A DNA stretch of 63,336 nucleotides, the filler included, from Octopus bimaculoides (Eukaryota), in the NCBI RefSeq assembly GCF_001194135.2. It is 6 parts of 6 records of this genome, joined end to end, with 100 filler letters (N's around TTAATTAATTAA, not from the genome) between each part and the next. Parts side by side here need not be neighbours in the genome. Positions count along the whole stretch, not along the records: positions 1 to 25,419 come from NC_068999.1; 5 more parts are not named here. One strand, given 5' to 3'. Of the stretch, positions 1-13,277 are shown piece by piece. The first letter of the stretch is position 1, and every line of letters begins with the position of its first letter. The notes beneath the pieces were generated by a model, which had not been told where the DNA came from, ran no database searches, and saw nothing but the letters and a program-made list of their open reading frames with translations. The position numbers were made by a program, and so were the translations under genes.

Positions 1-54
<54 letters not shown>
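1..54. repeat. (TG)n microsatellite
   Basis: Pure TG dinucleotide run at the window start. Confidence 0.98.
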
Positions 55-55
<1 letters not shown>

Positions 56-395
56 TAGAAGGTGTGTAAGTTATGGACACATAAAAGGTGCAACAATATC
101 AGAGGAAGTTTAACAGGGAAAATAGTTTTTGAGCATGGAAGATGCACAGGTACAATAAACACCAAAAATGTACCGAAAATAGACTCCATCAACTGCCAGG
201 GTGGTATGCTAGAGGTAGTAGATGGCTTCCATTATCTAGGTAACCAAGTTAGTAGTGGATGTAGATGCTCTGAGAGTGTAGCTGTGAGAATAAGTATAGG
301 CTGGGCAAAATTCAGAGAACTTCTACCTCTGCTGGCAACAAAGGGCCTCTCCGTCAGAGTGAAAGGCAGATTGTATGACGCCTGTGTATGAAGAG
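55..395 (+). mobile_element. RTE-clade LINE fragment (RT C-terminal part)
   Basis: Translation FHYLGNQVSSGCRCSESVAVRISIGWAKFRELLPLLATKGLSVRVKGRLYDACV is the post-YADD region of RTE RTs; a homologous segment lies on the minus strand at ~3260-3420. Confidence 0.85.
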
Positions 396-1096
396 CAAAG
401 ACGAGGAAAGAAAAAGTATGAGAGAGAAAAGAAAAGAGGGGAAAGTAGTTGTTGATCAACTTTAGAAAGTAGAAATTAACGATGGAAGGGTTGTCTGAGG
501 AACAAGAATAACATAATAATGTGAATTAGAATTTAGTGATATAAAAGCATAAAATATGAGTGTAAAAGTATTATAGCTTTGAATTAATTTATAGGAATAG
601 ATGAGTAGTGCAAATGTCAGGATGCATGGGACAAGGGAGATCACTCTAAGTTTGATTTTTTTTAGAGCGAATATAATGTGATTATTTATATACCATTTAC
701 ATAATAGTTAAACTTTAATGGTGTAGTATTTTATAATTCATTAAAAAATATGAATTACTGCTTTTGTTTTTCTATTTCTCGTTTTCCTCTTCTTTTTGCT
801 TTCTTTAACCCATTTTCTTCTTTCTCCTCTCTCTCATTTCACTTATCCCAGCCACTAACGCACACCCATCACTCTATTCAGTATCACAGATTTTTCTCCT
901 TATTTTTAAATGGTATAATTAACAGTCAATCAAATGATATATTTACTTTCACATATTTTGTTTGAACATGCATAAAGAGGCATGATATATTATTCTAATG
1001 ATGATACTTTTCTCAGTTTTGTATGCATTAAAGTGCATTCATACATACATGCACACATACATACATACATACATGCATGCATATTATAATTAAACA

Positions 1097-1298
1097 CCAT
1101 GTCATGTGAAATACAGATTTCCTGGTCAAAATATTAATTTATTTCGCCAATTTTTCAAATGATAAAAACAAGAGAGTTTGTGAACTGCATTCAAAGCAGT
1201 TGACAAACTATCTTATTTTTATTAGCTCGAAATATGATGAAATAAATTAATATTTCGACCAGGAATCCCTGGGTATCTGTATTTCACATGACATATGG
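1097..1298. mobile_element. MITE-like element with ~50-bp terminal inverted repeats
   Basis: Left CCATGTCATGTGAAATACAGAT..TCCTGGTCAAAATATTAATTTATTTC is the reverse complement of right GAAATAAATTAATATTTCGACCAGGA..ATCTGTATTTCACATGACATATGG; no clear TSD. Confidence 0.7.
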
Positions 1299-2519
1299 TA
1301 TTTATTATAATATATTTAGTCACTTGTCTAATCAAGTCTTATATTACTTGTTGAAGCCTGACCACACAAAGCGTGTGTGTGTGTGTGTGTTGTACACTGG
1401 GCATTTGTAAACAAAAAGGTACAGGGAAAAAAATATGCTCTCACAAAAATTGCACAGACATTCAATTAGATAAATCAGAGAAGGAGACCATTTACCAAAA
1501 CAAGACTCTACCCAGATGACTTCCTTTATGCATGCCAAAAGCTACTGGTACTCAACCATATCACACATCATGCCCATGATAGCAGCCCAACAAATCTCTG
1601 GCAGAATTAGGCCACCAGCTGGTCACCCACCCAAGAACACCTCAGAAGGGCTAGGAGGCTACATGATGTTGAGGCCCACATAATCATATGGTTTTCTGAC
1701 GCTTGTCAAACATCAACTATCCTCTCTTCATTATGTAGGACTTGTACCTGATGTCCTAATGCACTACACATCAAAGAGTGAATTTCACCAACTTGACCTG
1801 CTTGCCAATAGCTCTCATCAACCTGCTAAGCTGTCAAGCTGTCCTGATGATGTTCTCGATATCCTGAGAATGCTCTTGACACCTTGATGATGTCTGACCA
1901 CTGAAAATGTTTCTCTTGGCCATGGATTGCTAATTTCTTGAACATAGCCACTTCCTCTGGGTTCAGTGATGGGAAAGATCCTCCAGGTCCTGAAAGATGC
2001 ATTCATGTTCAAGAAGCAAGCAATCTTCAAGTCATTATAGTTTATGGTTGGAGGTATAAACATAGAGTGCTTTTTTAACTTTTGTGTCAGACTGGGGCAG
2101 TCAGTGTGACTGAAACAGAAATGACATCATTGTAGCAAGACCCAGAATAAAAACCTCACAGTTTCAGTTACTAGTATAAGACCATACTCATATCAGGTGA
2201 TATGTCTTGGTTAGCTAGAAATATCATACCATATAGTAAAACATTCTATGAGGTTCTAGAGGTTCCAGCAATTTTATAAAAGTGAAAGCCTGCCAGAATC
2301 AACAAGAGAGAGTGGCCCTTCAAAGCATAAGCAACCAGCCTTTACAGCATCAAGCTTTCCTTTACAAAAATTCAGCCTGGAGTAACAAACATTCTTCAGT
2401 TTGGATGAGCAAAACACTATTCCTACCTCTCACATCAAACTGATCTTTTTTATCCATAATTTAATTACAACTGCATTTGATTCTAGCTTTCTAGAATACA
2501 CTATTGGTAACTACTTTTA

Positions 2520-4410
2520 TGTATAATCTCATCATTTTCATCGTCGCCATCATTTAATGTCCATTTTCCATGCTGACATGGGTTGGGCAGTTTGACAGGA
2601 GCTGGCGAGCTGAAGAACTGCCCAGGTTTCATGTCCATTTTGGCATGGCTTCTATAGCTAGATGCCTTTCCTAATGCCAACCCTTCATAGAGTATACTGG
2701 GTGCTTTTACACAGCACCAGCACAGGTGTTTACATGGCACTGGTACAGGTACTTTTTATGTGGCACTAGCACCTACAAGCCTGCAAGATTAGGAATGTTC
2801 AGCTGGAGAGGGATGCAGGTGACATGCCTATATGCAAGGACAAATATGCTTTTACGTAGCTTGATGTGTCTTTTCAAGTGCAGCAAACTGCCAGGAGCTT
2901 CAGTCCCCTATCATCCCCTCTGAGTCCCAACGTTCATAGATCATTTCTTACCACTTTGTCCCACATCTTCCTGGGTCTACCCCTTCCACATATTCCTGCT
3001 ACAATTAGAGATCAGCACCTCTTGATGCAACTTTCCTCATTCATATGCATTACACGGCCATACCAGCATACTCCTCTCTCTTGCACACTACATCTGATGC
3101 TACATATACCCTGTTTTTCTCTCAAGTTACTTACACTTTGTCGTATATGCACACTGACATTACCCATCCAGTGAAACATACTGGCATCATTTCTTTCAAG
3201 TTTTCGCATGTCCTCAGTAGTCACAGCCCATGTCTCACTGCCGTACTCAGGCATCATACAATCTGCCTTTCACTCTGAGGGAGAGGACCTTCATTACTAA
3301 CAGAGGTAGTAGCTCTCTGAACTTTGCCCAGCCTATTCTTATTCTAGCACTTATGCTTTTGGAACAACCTCCCCCATTACTAACTTGGTCACCTAAGTAA
3401 CGGAAATTGTCTTCTAAGGATCCCCACTAAAATTTGAGGGAGTCTGTTTTTTGTACATTCCTGGTGTTTAATGTACCTGCACACCTACCACATGTAAAGA
3501 TTATTTTCTCCATTAGTCATCCAGTGATACCACTGCAACGCTTATGTGTTCATAGCTTGCACTGAGTACACTGTATGGAGTTTCTGTCAATACCTTTTCA
3601 ACATATCAAGCAGGGCCATCTTCCTGAATGGATCTGCGAATTGTCTGTTTTCCTACTTATCAATACTTTGGTTTTTGCAAATTTAACTCTAAGGCCCTTT
3701 GATCCCCGTCCATGCTTCCATACCTGAAATTTCTCCTCTAGTTCTGGTAGTGATTCAGCAATAAGAACAAGGTCATCACTATAGAGGAGCACCCAAGGGT
3801 AGCCAGTCTTAAATTCTTCAGTTATAGCTTGGATAATCATGATAAATAAGAGAGGGTTAAGGACCAAACCCTGGTGGATTCCTATTTGTACACTAAACTC
3901 CTTGTTATACTCATTGGCGATTCTCACCTTACTGACAACATCCCTGTACATGGCTTGTACAGCTCTCACCAACCACTCATCTATTCATAGCTTCTGTATT
4001 TCCCACCAGATAAGGGAGCAGGAGACCTTGTCAAAGGTTTTCTCCATGTCAACAAAAGTTAGAAACAGAGGTTTATTTTTGGCCAAGTATTTTTTCTAGT
4101 TGCCTCACCAGGAAGATAGCATCAGCAGTGCTTCTCCATAGCACAAATCCAAACTGCATCTCATTTATACTAAGTCACTTCCTAATTAACTGAGCTATGA
4201 TTCTTTTTACAACTTTCATCACTTGGTCCAGCAATTTGATGCCTCTAATTATTTCTGCCTTGGGCATCACCTTTGCCTTTGTAGCAGTTGGCTATAATGG
4301 TGTTACACCAATCATTGAGAATGACACCCTCATGGACAACCTGATTAACTATATGAGTAATCAGGTCATGTTCCACTCCACCAGACATTTTAAGCATCTC
4401 AATGGTGATT
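2520..4410 (-). mobile_element. 5'-truncated, degraded RTE LINE (RT domain, C-terminus, 3' UTR and (GAT)n tail)
   Basis: ORF 3598-3972 has IHQGLVLNPLLF and LLYSDDLVLIAES (QG and YADD motifs); ORF 3012-3257 has YGSETWAV...WYGRVMHM; ends in CAT/GAT repeats near 2520. Confidence 0.92.
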
Positions 4411-5148
4411 CCTGATGGGTCAGAGGCTTTCCCTTATAATGAAATGTATTTCAACAAAATTCATGTTTGGTTTGTTATGGGACAACATGCTGCTAACTAA
4501 TTCCAACCAACAATGACCCAAACACCCAAGTGCCACAACTGATGACCCAACAAAGAAAGGCCTGATAATGAAATAATAATAGCCTGGTAAAGTGACAGAC
4601 GTCCAGTCAGCATTTAATGTTGGCAATTTTGACTTGATGTTCAGCCAGCAGAAACAAACAAGCCTCTACATCAGACACTTTGACATTAGAAATAACAATT
4701 AATTCAACCATGTTCACAATCAGCACTGTTCCAGCCAGGGGATTGACTGGTCTGCACAATGTAGCAGTTAGCACCAACAGTTCATAGACAAGAAAAAGAT
4801 TGTCTATTTTTCTAATTCACTATATTTTTGAATAGGTCTTTGAATAACCAGATAAGTATACTGAAAATAAGACTAGTGATCCAAAACATTTACTACTTTA
4901 AGGTGAGATATACTAATAGATATATTAATGTAGGAACACAGGATAACTTGTATTAAAATATTTAGTTTTGTCTTCATTCATGCAAAATTCTACTAAAGTA
5001 CATTTTGTGTTTCATTCTATCTGGATTAATAAAAGTCCAAACATACTGAGCAGATTCAATCAAATATACACTCATCTTCAGCAGTTGACCTAGTGTTCTT
5101 GAAAGAAATCAATTTTACATTTAATATAATAATAAACAGCAAACTTAC

Positions 5149-5237
5149 CTCAATGAAGCACTGAGGACAGAAGCTATAAAGAGACCTGTAACACCAGACA
5201 TATTTTGGAAAAGTTTGAGCACAAAAAGTGGCATAAC
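5149..5237 (-). CDS. SLC5 sodium:solute symporter (SMCT/SLC5A8-like), internal exon, 89 bp
   Basis: tttgtag|GTTATG...TTGAG|gtaagt; encodes VMPLFVLKLFQNMSGVTGLFIASVLSASL(S), matching the SLC5 LMPY...GLPGLF.A...S.SLS segment; phase 0 fits the upstream exon ending NPNQ. Orthology within the subfamily is unresolved. Confidence 0.92.
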
Positions 5238-5549
5238 CTACAAAGAAATCATTGCAAAAGAATATTTAAAATGTTTGTCTATTTTCACGACTTTTTCTCT
5301 TTATTATCTATTATTGCAAGATGGTATGATGGTATATTTTTGGTTATCCTGTTTTATTGAATATTCAAATCACAAAAATCAAGATACCAATCCTTATCAT
5401 ATTAGAAGAGCTTTGCAAAAAAAATACATCGCAAAATTTAGATCTAATCAGATAATATATTTGATTTAATTGAGCTATAAGCCTTGCAATGGAAACGGAT
5501 CAAAGATAAAAGCATATCGGGTGAATGTCGTGTGCACGATATGTCTTAC

Positions 5550-6070
5550 ATCATGGACTACCCTTTATGGAAATGGAAGATGATGTTGAAGATGAAATGA
5601 GATACTTTTAGAGCACTAAATAGTTGAACACTATATTCTTTTTTTACCTGTTCAATATGTAGAAAAGATGTAGGCAGAAATTCCAAGATATGCAAGATAT
5701 GGAAACATAAGAAATGCAGTGGAATCACAGGAAGGTTCACAGGGAAGGTAGTTATTGTGAGTGGCAGACATGCAGGAACAGTAAACACTAAGAACACACA
5801 GGAAATAAATTGCTTCAAATGCCCAGCAGATAGTTTGTTACCAAGGTGAACTATTTAGCAGTCATTAGGATAAGAACTGGCTGGAGAAAATTCAGAGAGC
5901 TATTACTTGTATTGGTAACATAGTCTTCTCCCTCAGAGGGAAAGACAGATTGTGTGAAGCATGTGTACAAACAGCAATGCTATATGGTAGTGAAACATGA
6001 ACTGTGACTAGATGTAATGAAAACAATCCATCTAGGAGAAGAAAATCTCTGGAATAAAACTGTTCAGTAA
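5550..6070 (+). mobile_element. Degraded RTE LINE fragment
   Basis: Similar to other RTE copies here (LRGKDRLCEACVQTAMLYGSET, homologous to RVKGRLYDACV); many stops. Confidence 0.7.
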
Positions 6071-6299
6071 GGACTTGCAACCATCTGATACTATTTAGCA
6101 TAGAAAAAAATTATGACATGAAGAAGATGTTATAGTTTTGTCTATGAACAACTGATAATAATAATAATAATTATTATTATATATATATATATATATATNN
6201 NNNNNNNNNNNNNNNNNNNNNNNNNNNNNNNNNNNNNNNNNNNNNNNNNNNNNNNNNNNNNNNNNNNNNNNNNNNNNNNNNNNNNNNNNNNNNNNNNNA

Positions 6300-7474
6300 T
6301 ATAGGCAGACTACAAGGAATCTTGTGTAGCTCTGCATCAGCAAGACTTGAAAAAATATAGTAAAAAGTAAAAGCGGTACAATGAAATTGCCGTGAGGAGT
6401 GGAATATCCAATGTTTCAGATGCACTCTTTTGTCAGGGAGTAGAGCAAAAGAGAAGCTGAAGAAAGACAAACAATTTACATCCTCTCAGCTCGAAAAGCT
6501 GGCTGCAACTGATAATGGATGCAGAATAACATGGGCTGCTAACAGCTCTCCTACTGCCATCATGCACTTCCACCGACCATATTCCACTCTCACTAACCTA
6601 CCACCTGTCCATCTTCCCTCTAAAATACAAACTCACCCACTACTTTTGCATTCTTCTTTCTGACCCAATAACTGCCCCGATCTTTCCCACATCTCCTTTC
6701 CTGACTTTTAAAAGAAATAGGAGTCTTAGAAATTTCCTTGTCAGAAGCTTCACAGCTCCCAGCTCTGCACAACCAGGAACCTTTAAAAGTTCTAGCCAAT
6801 GATGTAACAAATGTCCCTACATCAACAATATTACCACCATGAAGAGGCCCAAGAAGCAATATCATACAACACACCACTTCTGTTGCACTTTGGCAAATCT
6901 CATATTGCATCAAATGCAAACTCTGCAGTGCTCTTTACATTGGAGAAACAGGGCGATGCCTTGGGGATTGCTTTCGTGAACATATTAAAAACATAATGCT
7001 ATGTATGCCAGGCCAACCTGTAGCCACCCACTTCAACACTGTGAATCATTCTATTGCAGATTTATCAGTGTGTGGCATGGCCTTGCACCATGGATCCCAC
7101 TTCTCTAGGAAACAAAAAGAGCAACATCTCATATTTGATCTTGGTACTGTGTCCCAACAAGTATGAATGAACGTTTTTCCTTTCAACCTTTCACCTTCTC
7201 TTAATTCTTTTTTACCCTTTTTAATCCTCCCTCTCTCTGCAACATTCCCATATTTACTTACCTCTACTCTCTCCATCAATCTTTTCCTTCTCCTTTCTGC
7301 ATGCCCTCTCCTATAACTTCTGTTCCATGTTAGTAGCCTGTGTTATTCTGCATCTATTATCAGTTGCAACCAGTTTTTCAAACTGAGAGGATAAACTCTG
7401 TTTGTTTTACTTCAACTTCTCTTTTTCTCTACCCCTTGACAACTTTGGATATTCCACTCCTTACAGCAATTTCA

Positions 7475-7480
<6 letters not shown>
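6300..7480 (+). mobile_element. Penelope-like element: GIY-YIG endonuclease 3' end, 3' pseudo-LTR and inverted upstream pseudo-LTR
   Basis: ~6700-7170 translates with frameshifts to FKRNRSLRNFLVRS..CNKCPYIN..IKCKLCSALYIGETGRCLGDCFREHIKN..PVATHFN..KEQHLIFDLGT; 7330-7475 is the reverse complement of 6380-6545. Confidence 0.85.
6405..6440 (-). ncRNA. Degenerate minimal type I hammerhead ribozyme motif in the Penelope pseudo-LTR
   Basis: Minus strand ctcc-CTGACAA-a-aga-gtgca-tct-GAAAC-ATT-ggata; it differs from the CUGANGA and GAAAC-GUH cores by two G>A changes, both at CpG sites. Confidence 0.55.
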
Positions 7481-7506
<26 letters not shown>

Positions 7507-8026
7507 ATGCATTTTTAAAATCAGCTTTTCAAATTTCATGCATTGAATGTCTGAGATACAGAATCTGTAAAATTTGTTTGTTTCCCTTTTTATAGACAAT
7601 ATAGAAAGTACTTTTTACTAAAAAAAATAATAATAAGGAAGCTTAATATAGTTAGTATGTCCTCTCCAAGGTTCTGACTAGACATAGTCAGTGTCTCCTC
7701 AACAAAATTTCACAGCACTGGTTCCATAGATTTGGATGGAGAGTAGAAATTCCACCATTCAGGTATGAGGCCAACTATGTCTGCACAGGTGTGAGTAGGG
7801 ATACTCACAAGTCGCCAGCTCTTGGATTGTGCCATGGAATGGATCCTGCTCAGTGGGAACATTTGCTTTTTGAAGCTTAAGCATTTTATCCTACCAAGGT
7901 TGATAAGAGAAGTAGCAGTCAAATGCCAGAGTTAAATTAACTATAAACTCCCACTTCCCCACAAAAAATTATTGGCATTATGTCTATATTAGAAATCTTT
8001 AATTATATAGAAAATATCAGACTTAC

Positions 8027-8162
8027 TTGGTTAGGGTTTGTTATCATTTTGCTTTCTAATGGATCACAACCAATGGTTTGAAAGAAAGCAAAGGCCATAA
8101 CTCCCAGAAGGATAGAAAATAAAGTTGTTAAACAAAATATGGGAGCAGAAATCCACAATATT
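8027..8162 (-). CDS. SLC5 symporter internal exon, 136 bp
   Basis: tttctctttcag|A ATATTG...AACCAA|gtaagt; encodes ILWISAPIFCLTTLFSILLGVMAFAFFQTIGCDPLESKMITNPNQ (SLC5 CDPL...PDQ motif). Confidence 0.93.
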
Positions 8163-8829
8163 CTGAAAGAGAAATTAAATAATTTAAACAGTTACAGTCC
8201 TGTTAGTGTAAGTCATTTTCTTTCTTGTCCATCTTTTTCTCTTAAATTAATGAATATGAGCAAGAGACAGGAGAGAAATGTTGAACACACAAACAATGTA
8301 GTTAAACATGAATTCAAATTTTATTTCATACATAATATTTTAAAGTGTTGTACTTGCTTACAAGTAATTACCTACAACCCAGTAATCAAACCTTTTATCA
8401 GAAATGAAACACACAAGAGTAAGATATGAACATTATCAATCTTATTTTACATTTAACAAATGGTTTTGTGCTTGCCATCTAAAAAGGATACTTTTGCAAT
8501 TTGCATTTATTTCTCACTTCCCAATGGATAATACAAGTGATTCCACTTAATTACATAGCCTTGGTGACTGAAATTCTAATGCAACTAACTAAAGTATGCA
8601 ATAAACAATTCACAAAATAAATTATAAATTCCAAGATTTCAGTGCATTGTCAGTAGTAAGATATTATGGTTATGTTACAATTGTATGGATTATATGATAA
8701 AACAAGAATACAATATTTGTAACTGAGTATATATTTTGTGTTATTTTGTTTTAAATTTGTAAAAATTGTAGTTTGAAGCAACAGGAAATGATAATTTATT
8801 TGTTTAAGGCATCGTAAAATCATCACAGA

Positions 8830-9090
8830 TTGGCTGTAAAGTGCATGGCATTTGGAATGGTGTCCAGCTGTAAAAACCCTGCCAAAACTAACCTCACCTG
8901 CACTAGTGCCGCATAAAAAACACTGAGTACACTCTGCAGAGTGATTGGTGTCAAGAAGGGCATCCAACTGTAAAAACCCTGCCAAAACAGATACAGTAGC
9001 CTAGGGTAGTTTTCTACCTGGCTGGCTCCTTTCAACCATCCTACCCATGCATGCATGGAAGACAGACGTTAAACAATGATGATGATGATA
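8830..9090 (+). mobile_element. RTE 3'-tail repeat (5'-truncated LINE or RTE-derived SINE)
   Basis: Internal duplicated ~95-bp unit (..CCAGCTGTAAAAACCCTGCCAAAAC) ending in (GAT)n; a close inverted relative lies at 44915-45230. Confidence 0.75.
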
Positions 9091-9249
9091 AATAATTGAT
9101 CTGTAATAATATCTTTTAATAAATAACTATTAAAATGATTTTTTGCAGTTTATGCAGGTAGAATATTATTTTAGTTTCTCATACAATATTTCAATGCATT
9201 CTCTATGTAAAACTCAACAAATGATGAATTAAAGGGATAACTCTATATA

Positions 9250-10492
9250 TTGGGTCATCCCATAAATAATGTGATTTTTTTCAATTGCATGAACCAAACA
9301 TTGGAGAGGGATGGGATAAATTGCGTCCATCAAGTTGCTCTAAAAGCAGGTAGTAATTTTACCTTGTTCTTACTCTTAGTGCAAGTTTTGAAGAGTGCAG
9401 TTCGATTTTAACAGTTATTTTATCAAAGCTATAATGGAAGTAACAAAGGAGCATATTCAGCATATTTTGCTTTATGAGTTCAATAAAGGCAACAACGCAA
9501 CACAAAGTGTGAGGAATATTAATGCAGTATATAGGGGTCGGACAATAAGCATAAGCCAGTATCAATGGTGGTTCCAGAAATTTCGAGTCGGAAACTACAG
9601 CTCAGAAGATGAGCCATGTCCTGGAAGATTTGTAGAGCTCAACGAGGACGTCCTGCAAACCCTGGTGGAACAAAATCCCATCGTAACTGTTGAGGAACTG
9701 ACAGAGAAGCTTGGATTTGATCATTCAACCATTCATCAACATTTGAGTGGCATTGGAAAAGTCAGCAAATTGGGTCACTTGGTTCCTCACAAACATTCTG
9801 AGTCTAATCGTATGCAGAGAATGTGTACTCTTCTTTGCTGTCATGTCTCATGAATGAACCTTTTTTAGACCGAATAGTGACTGGTGACGAGAAATGGGTT
9901 CTCTATAGGGAAACGAGAAACACCAACACCCCAGGCTAAAGAAGGTCTTTACCCATGTAAGGTGTTGTTATCTGTTTGGTGGGAAATGAAAGGTTTAGTT
10001 CACTTTGAACTTTTAAACCCAAACCAAACGATAACAAAGGAGATTGACTATGAGCAGTTTGAGTTGCTTAAGTCAATGCTAGAAGAAAAACGACCATCTT
10101 TGGTTTCAAGATGAGAGGTTCTTCAATCAGCATAATGCTTGGCCACATACAATGAGGATGACATTCCAAAGGCTGCAGCAGTTTGAATAGGAAACGATGC
10201 CCCACCCACCATATTCACCAGACACTGCCCATCTGATCATCTGCAGTCTTCAAAATCATTTGGATGGAAAAAAATATGAATTCTGTAGACTAGGTCAGAA
10301 CAGTACTGGAGGAGTATTTTTTGCCACAGACAAATGAATTTTGGAAGAAGAACCTTGCAAGTCTATCAGATAGATGGAAGAGCATTGTAGAAAACGGAGA
10401 GTAGATTTTAGATTGAAAAAGAACTTTGTTTATCTTAATTTTGAAAAATAAACGAAGTATAAAAAAACTGCATTATTTATGGGATGACCCAA
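9250..10492 (+). mobile_element. Mariner (Tc1/mariner, D34D type) transposon, near full length, transposase disrupted
   Basis: TIRs TTGGGTCATCCCATAAATAATG / CATTATTTATGGGATGACCCAA flanked by TA; ORF pieces with LVPHKHSE (WVPHxL), RIVTGDEKW and HPPYSPDTAHL; stops and frameshifts. Confidence 0.95.
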
Positions 10493-11399
10493 TAGTTTGC
10501 ATACATATAAATGGCATTATGGTATCTTGATAAATTAGGTAATCTTTGGCAGCCTGAGGTTTCTTGCTAGAAGTTTTCATTGGCATAAAAATTGTCAATA
10601 AGTTTACACTAGTTCTGTTCTAAGAACCTACTCACTGTTCAAAGAGTGAAACTATGAGCTGTTGCTGTTGTTGTTTAGACACAGTTCAACCTTGATTGAG
10701 CAAGTCTAAAATCAAATTCCTTACAATTATGACTGTCCTGCCTTTTTAAATATATTAAGCACTACAGTGGAATCTTGCTTTTGTTAACTACTGGACAAAT
10801 CCTACACAGAATCTTCTTCATTTAACTCATCCTACTAACAGAGACTCACCTACATGAATTTCAATCAGCTTTTCAACTCCTAGAGACAGCTACATAATGA
10901 TCTGTGCTCTTCAGTCACAGGAAAATGCCATGACTACAAACTTTTTTTTTTTTTTTTTGGTGGTGGGGAGTATCTAACTAAAGCATTTGATTCTGTAAAT
11001 TATAAACCTTTGACGAAAAATTAGTCATCTTGGTTACCCACAAAACTTTATTACAATCATGGAGCTTCTGATTGTCAACAAGAAAAAGTGCAGTACCATC
11101 CATTTGAAGTGAAAACTGGAAAATACCAGGGACTTCCATTCTTTTCCATTTACTCTCAGCTTGGCTAGAGCTCATAACAGACAAATTCATACCTCTGTAT
11201 CTCATACTATGCAAATGACAAACACCATCCAAGAACAAAAACATCAGTAAATTTCAATATGCAGAAGATGCCTTTTTATGGAAAATTAAGCAAAAGAACA
11301 ACTGTCAATTATTGATGTTTACACTGTTGCAATATGTGTGTGAAAATAAGTAAAAACTAAAACAAAATGGATAACATCAACAATCACTCAACAGCCATT

Positions 11400-11900
11400 T
11401 GTGTATATTGACAAGTGGTGAAAAATGTAGAGCATTTCCAATATTGACGTATCACCTGCGACAGAAGCAGATTTTGGTGAGAAGATTCAACACTGGATAT
11501 ACTGTGCCAATACAATTGTTGCTCATCTGAGACAGGTATATGAAGATATCTGAGACAGTCAAACTTATAGTGTATAAATCAGTTGCTATATGCTACTCCC
11601 CTATATACCTCTGAAAGAGATGCTCCATAGATACCTGAAGAGGATAGATATCTCTTGCATTGAAACTATGGTTACATGACATTGGCTTTGATTGGTTATT
11701 TTGTGTGAATGACAGACCACCAGTTGCTGAAACAACTGTTTTATTCTCAGTTGAACACAAAAGGAATGACAAAGGAATTCAAAGAATTGTTAAAAGGGTA
11801 TCTGAAATGTATTGCTTCAATGTGTACGAGTGGAAATTACTGAACAACTGATACAAACGAAGACATATTTATGATGGAGCTGAAACACTTTCACATAACA
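11400..11900 (+). mobile_element. Old degraded RTE-type LINE 3' remnant
   Basis: Broken translation VEHFQY...TVKLIVYKSVAI...RYLKRID...DRPPVAETTVLF resembles a LINE RT C-terminus; heavily mutated. Confidence 0.45.
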
Positions 11901-11959
11901 TGAACTAAACTTGTCTGGTAAAAGTGAAGAAAGCAGCACAAAGCAGCCAATGCAATATA

Positions 11960-12260
11960 GTGGAAGAGATTGTCACACCTTCTTCAGTAGGTGGCACATC
12001 TACAGCTGTAAAACCAGCTGCTTTCTTAAAACACTTGATGATTGTGGAAGTCTTATGACTGTTCAACAATTTTGTGATTAGATGAATAGCATCAAGTAAG
12101 GCGACTTTCTTAACAAAGTCATTTGCTTTCATTTCTAGATAACCATTAGTATCAAGAATCGTCTTTCTGACCCAGGGACTTCTATAAAGGAATCTGAAAG
12201 TTTTTACAATGGCTGCATTAATGATGGTGCATATAATAAAAGGCACATTAGTTTTTGGTT
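11960..12260 (-). mobile_element. Tigger/pogo transposase C-terminal fragment
   Basis: AAIVKTFRFLYR...KKVALLDAIHLI...STIIKCFKKAAGF matches the pogo/TIGD DDE C-terminal signature. Confidence 0.75.
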
Positions 12261-13139
12261 TGATTTGATTAAGGTACACAACAGTTAGACGAGGCGACAA
12301 CTGTCAACAAATAATACAACTTTTCTATTATGCAGGCCATTTTCTGTCAAATTCTACTATTTTTATGTCACCTGATATGCTTTTACATGAACTGCCTATG
12401 TGTTTTACTTTCTCCAATCACCAGATTTTTTTTATTATTCTAACCTGAAATTTGTTATCAATGGTATTCACATTAAGATGGGATGCAGGATTCCTGAAAA
12501 TAGTTACAATGATTACTTATCAATTGCAAGGAAGAAGAGGAGTTACAGACTGCTAACTTAGATGTTTTGCTGTATATAGTTTGTGAGTTTGTTGACAGTT
12601 TATGAGTCCCAGTTTATGAGTTTGTTGATAGTTTGTGAGTTCCAGTCTCACCAAAGTTAAATCTTTGTTGAACTTCTCTAGAATTGATAAAATATGTAAT
12701 AGTAATTGGAGATTGTTAAAGTCAATTATACACCTAGTCACTTAAAAAGAAAAAATTGGTCTTTAATTATGCTCTTATTATTAAAAATATAAATCTTCTC
12801 AATACAAGAGTTCCTCTCTCCTACATTCTAATTTCTTAAATATTACAAATTTTAAGCTAAATCATTACCAAGTTTTTTAGTGCAGTAGTGTGACAGAATC
12901 AAAAGCAGACCAACCAAAATATGTGGAGCATTTCATTATGTCCTACTACCTTCTAGATTTACATTTCACACAAATCAACTGTGATTTTCACCTTTTTGGG
13001 TTTGATCAGTAAATTCCAGTTGAAAACTGGAGATGATTTGATCAATTGTTCCCTACAACCCACTAAAATCTGCAGCTTTGTACATGTATAAGAAACTACT
13101 ATCACTCTCAAGTTTAAAATCTTGTCATTCAATACTTAC

Positions 13140-13277
13140 TTTCTTGCATCATTTTCTGTTTGAGTAGACGAGATTCTTTGGATAGAAGATTGATTAAAAA
13201 CTAGGCCAAATCCTTTGAGTGTTGAAGAGGTGAGTAAGTTTATTACTGTATGACGAGTATAGGGATCAAAACCAGTA
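13140..13277 (-). CDS. SLC5 symporter internal exon, 138 bp
   Basis: tttattgaag|T ACTGGT...GCAAGAAA|gtaagt; encodes TGFDPYTRHTVINLLTSSTLKGFGLVFNQSSIQRISSTQTENDAR(K) (SLC5 DP..RHT and NQ..VQR motifs); phases fit both neighbouring exons. Confidence 0.92.

Noticed and set aside
1540-2060. GC-richer segment that looks like decayed coding or TE sequence
   Set aside because: No frame gave a motif I could assign with confidence.
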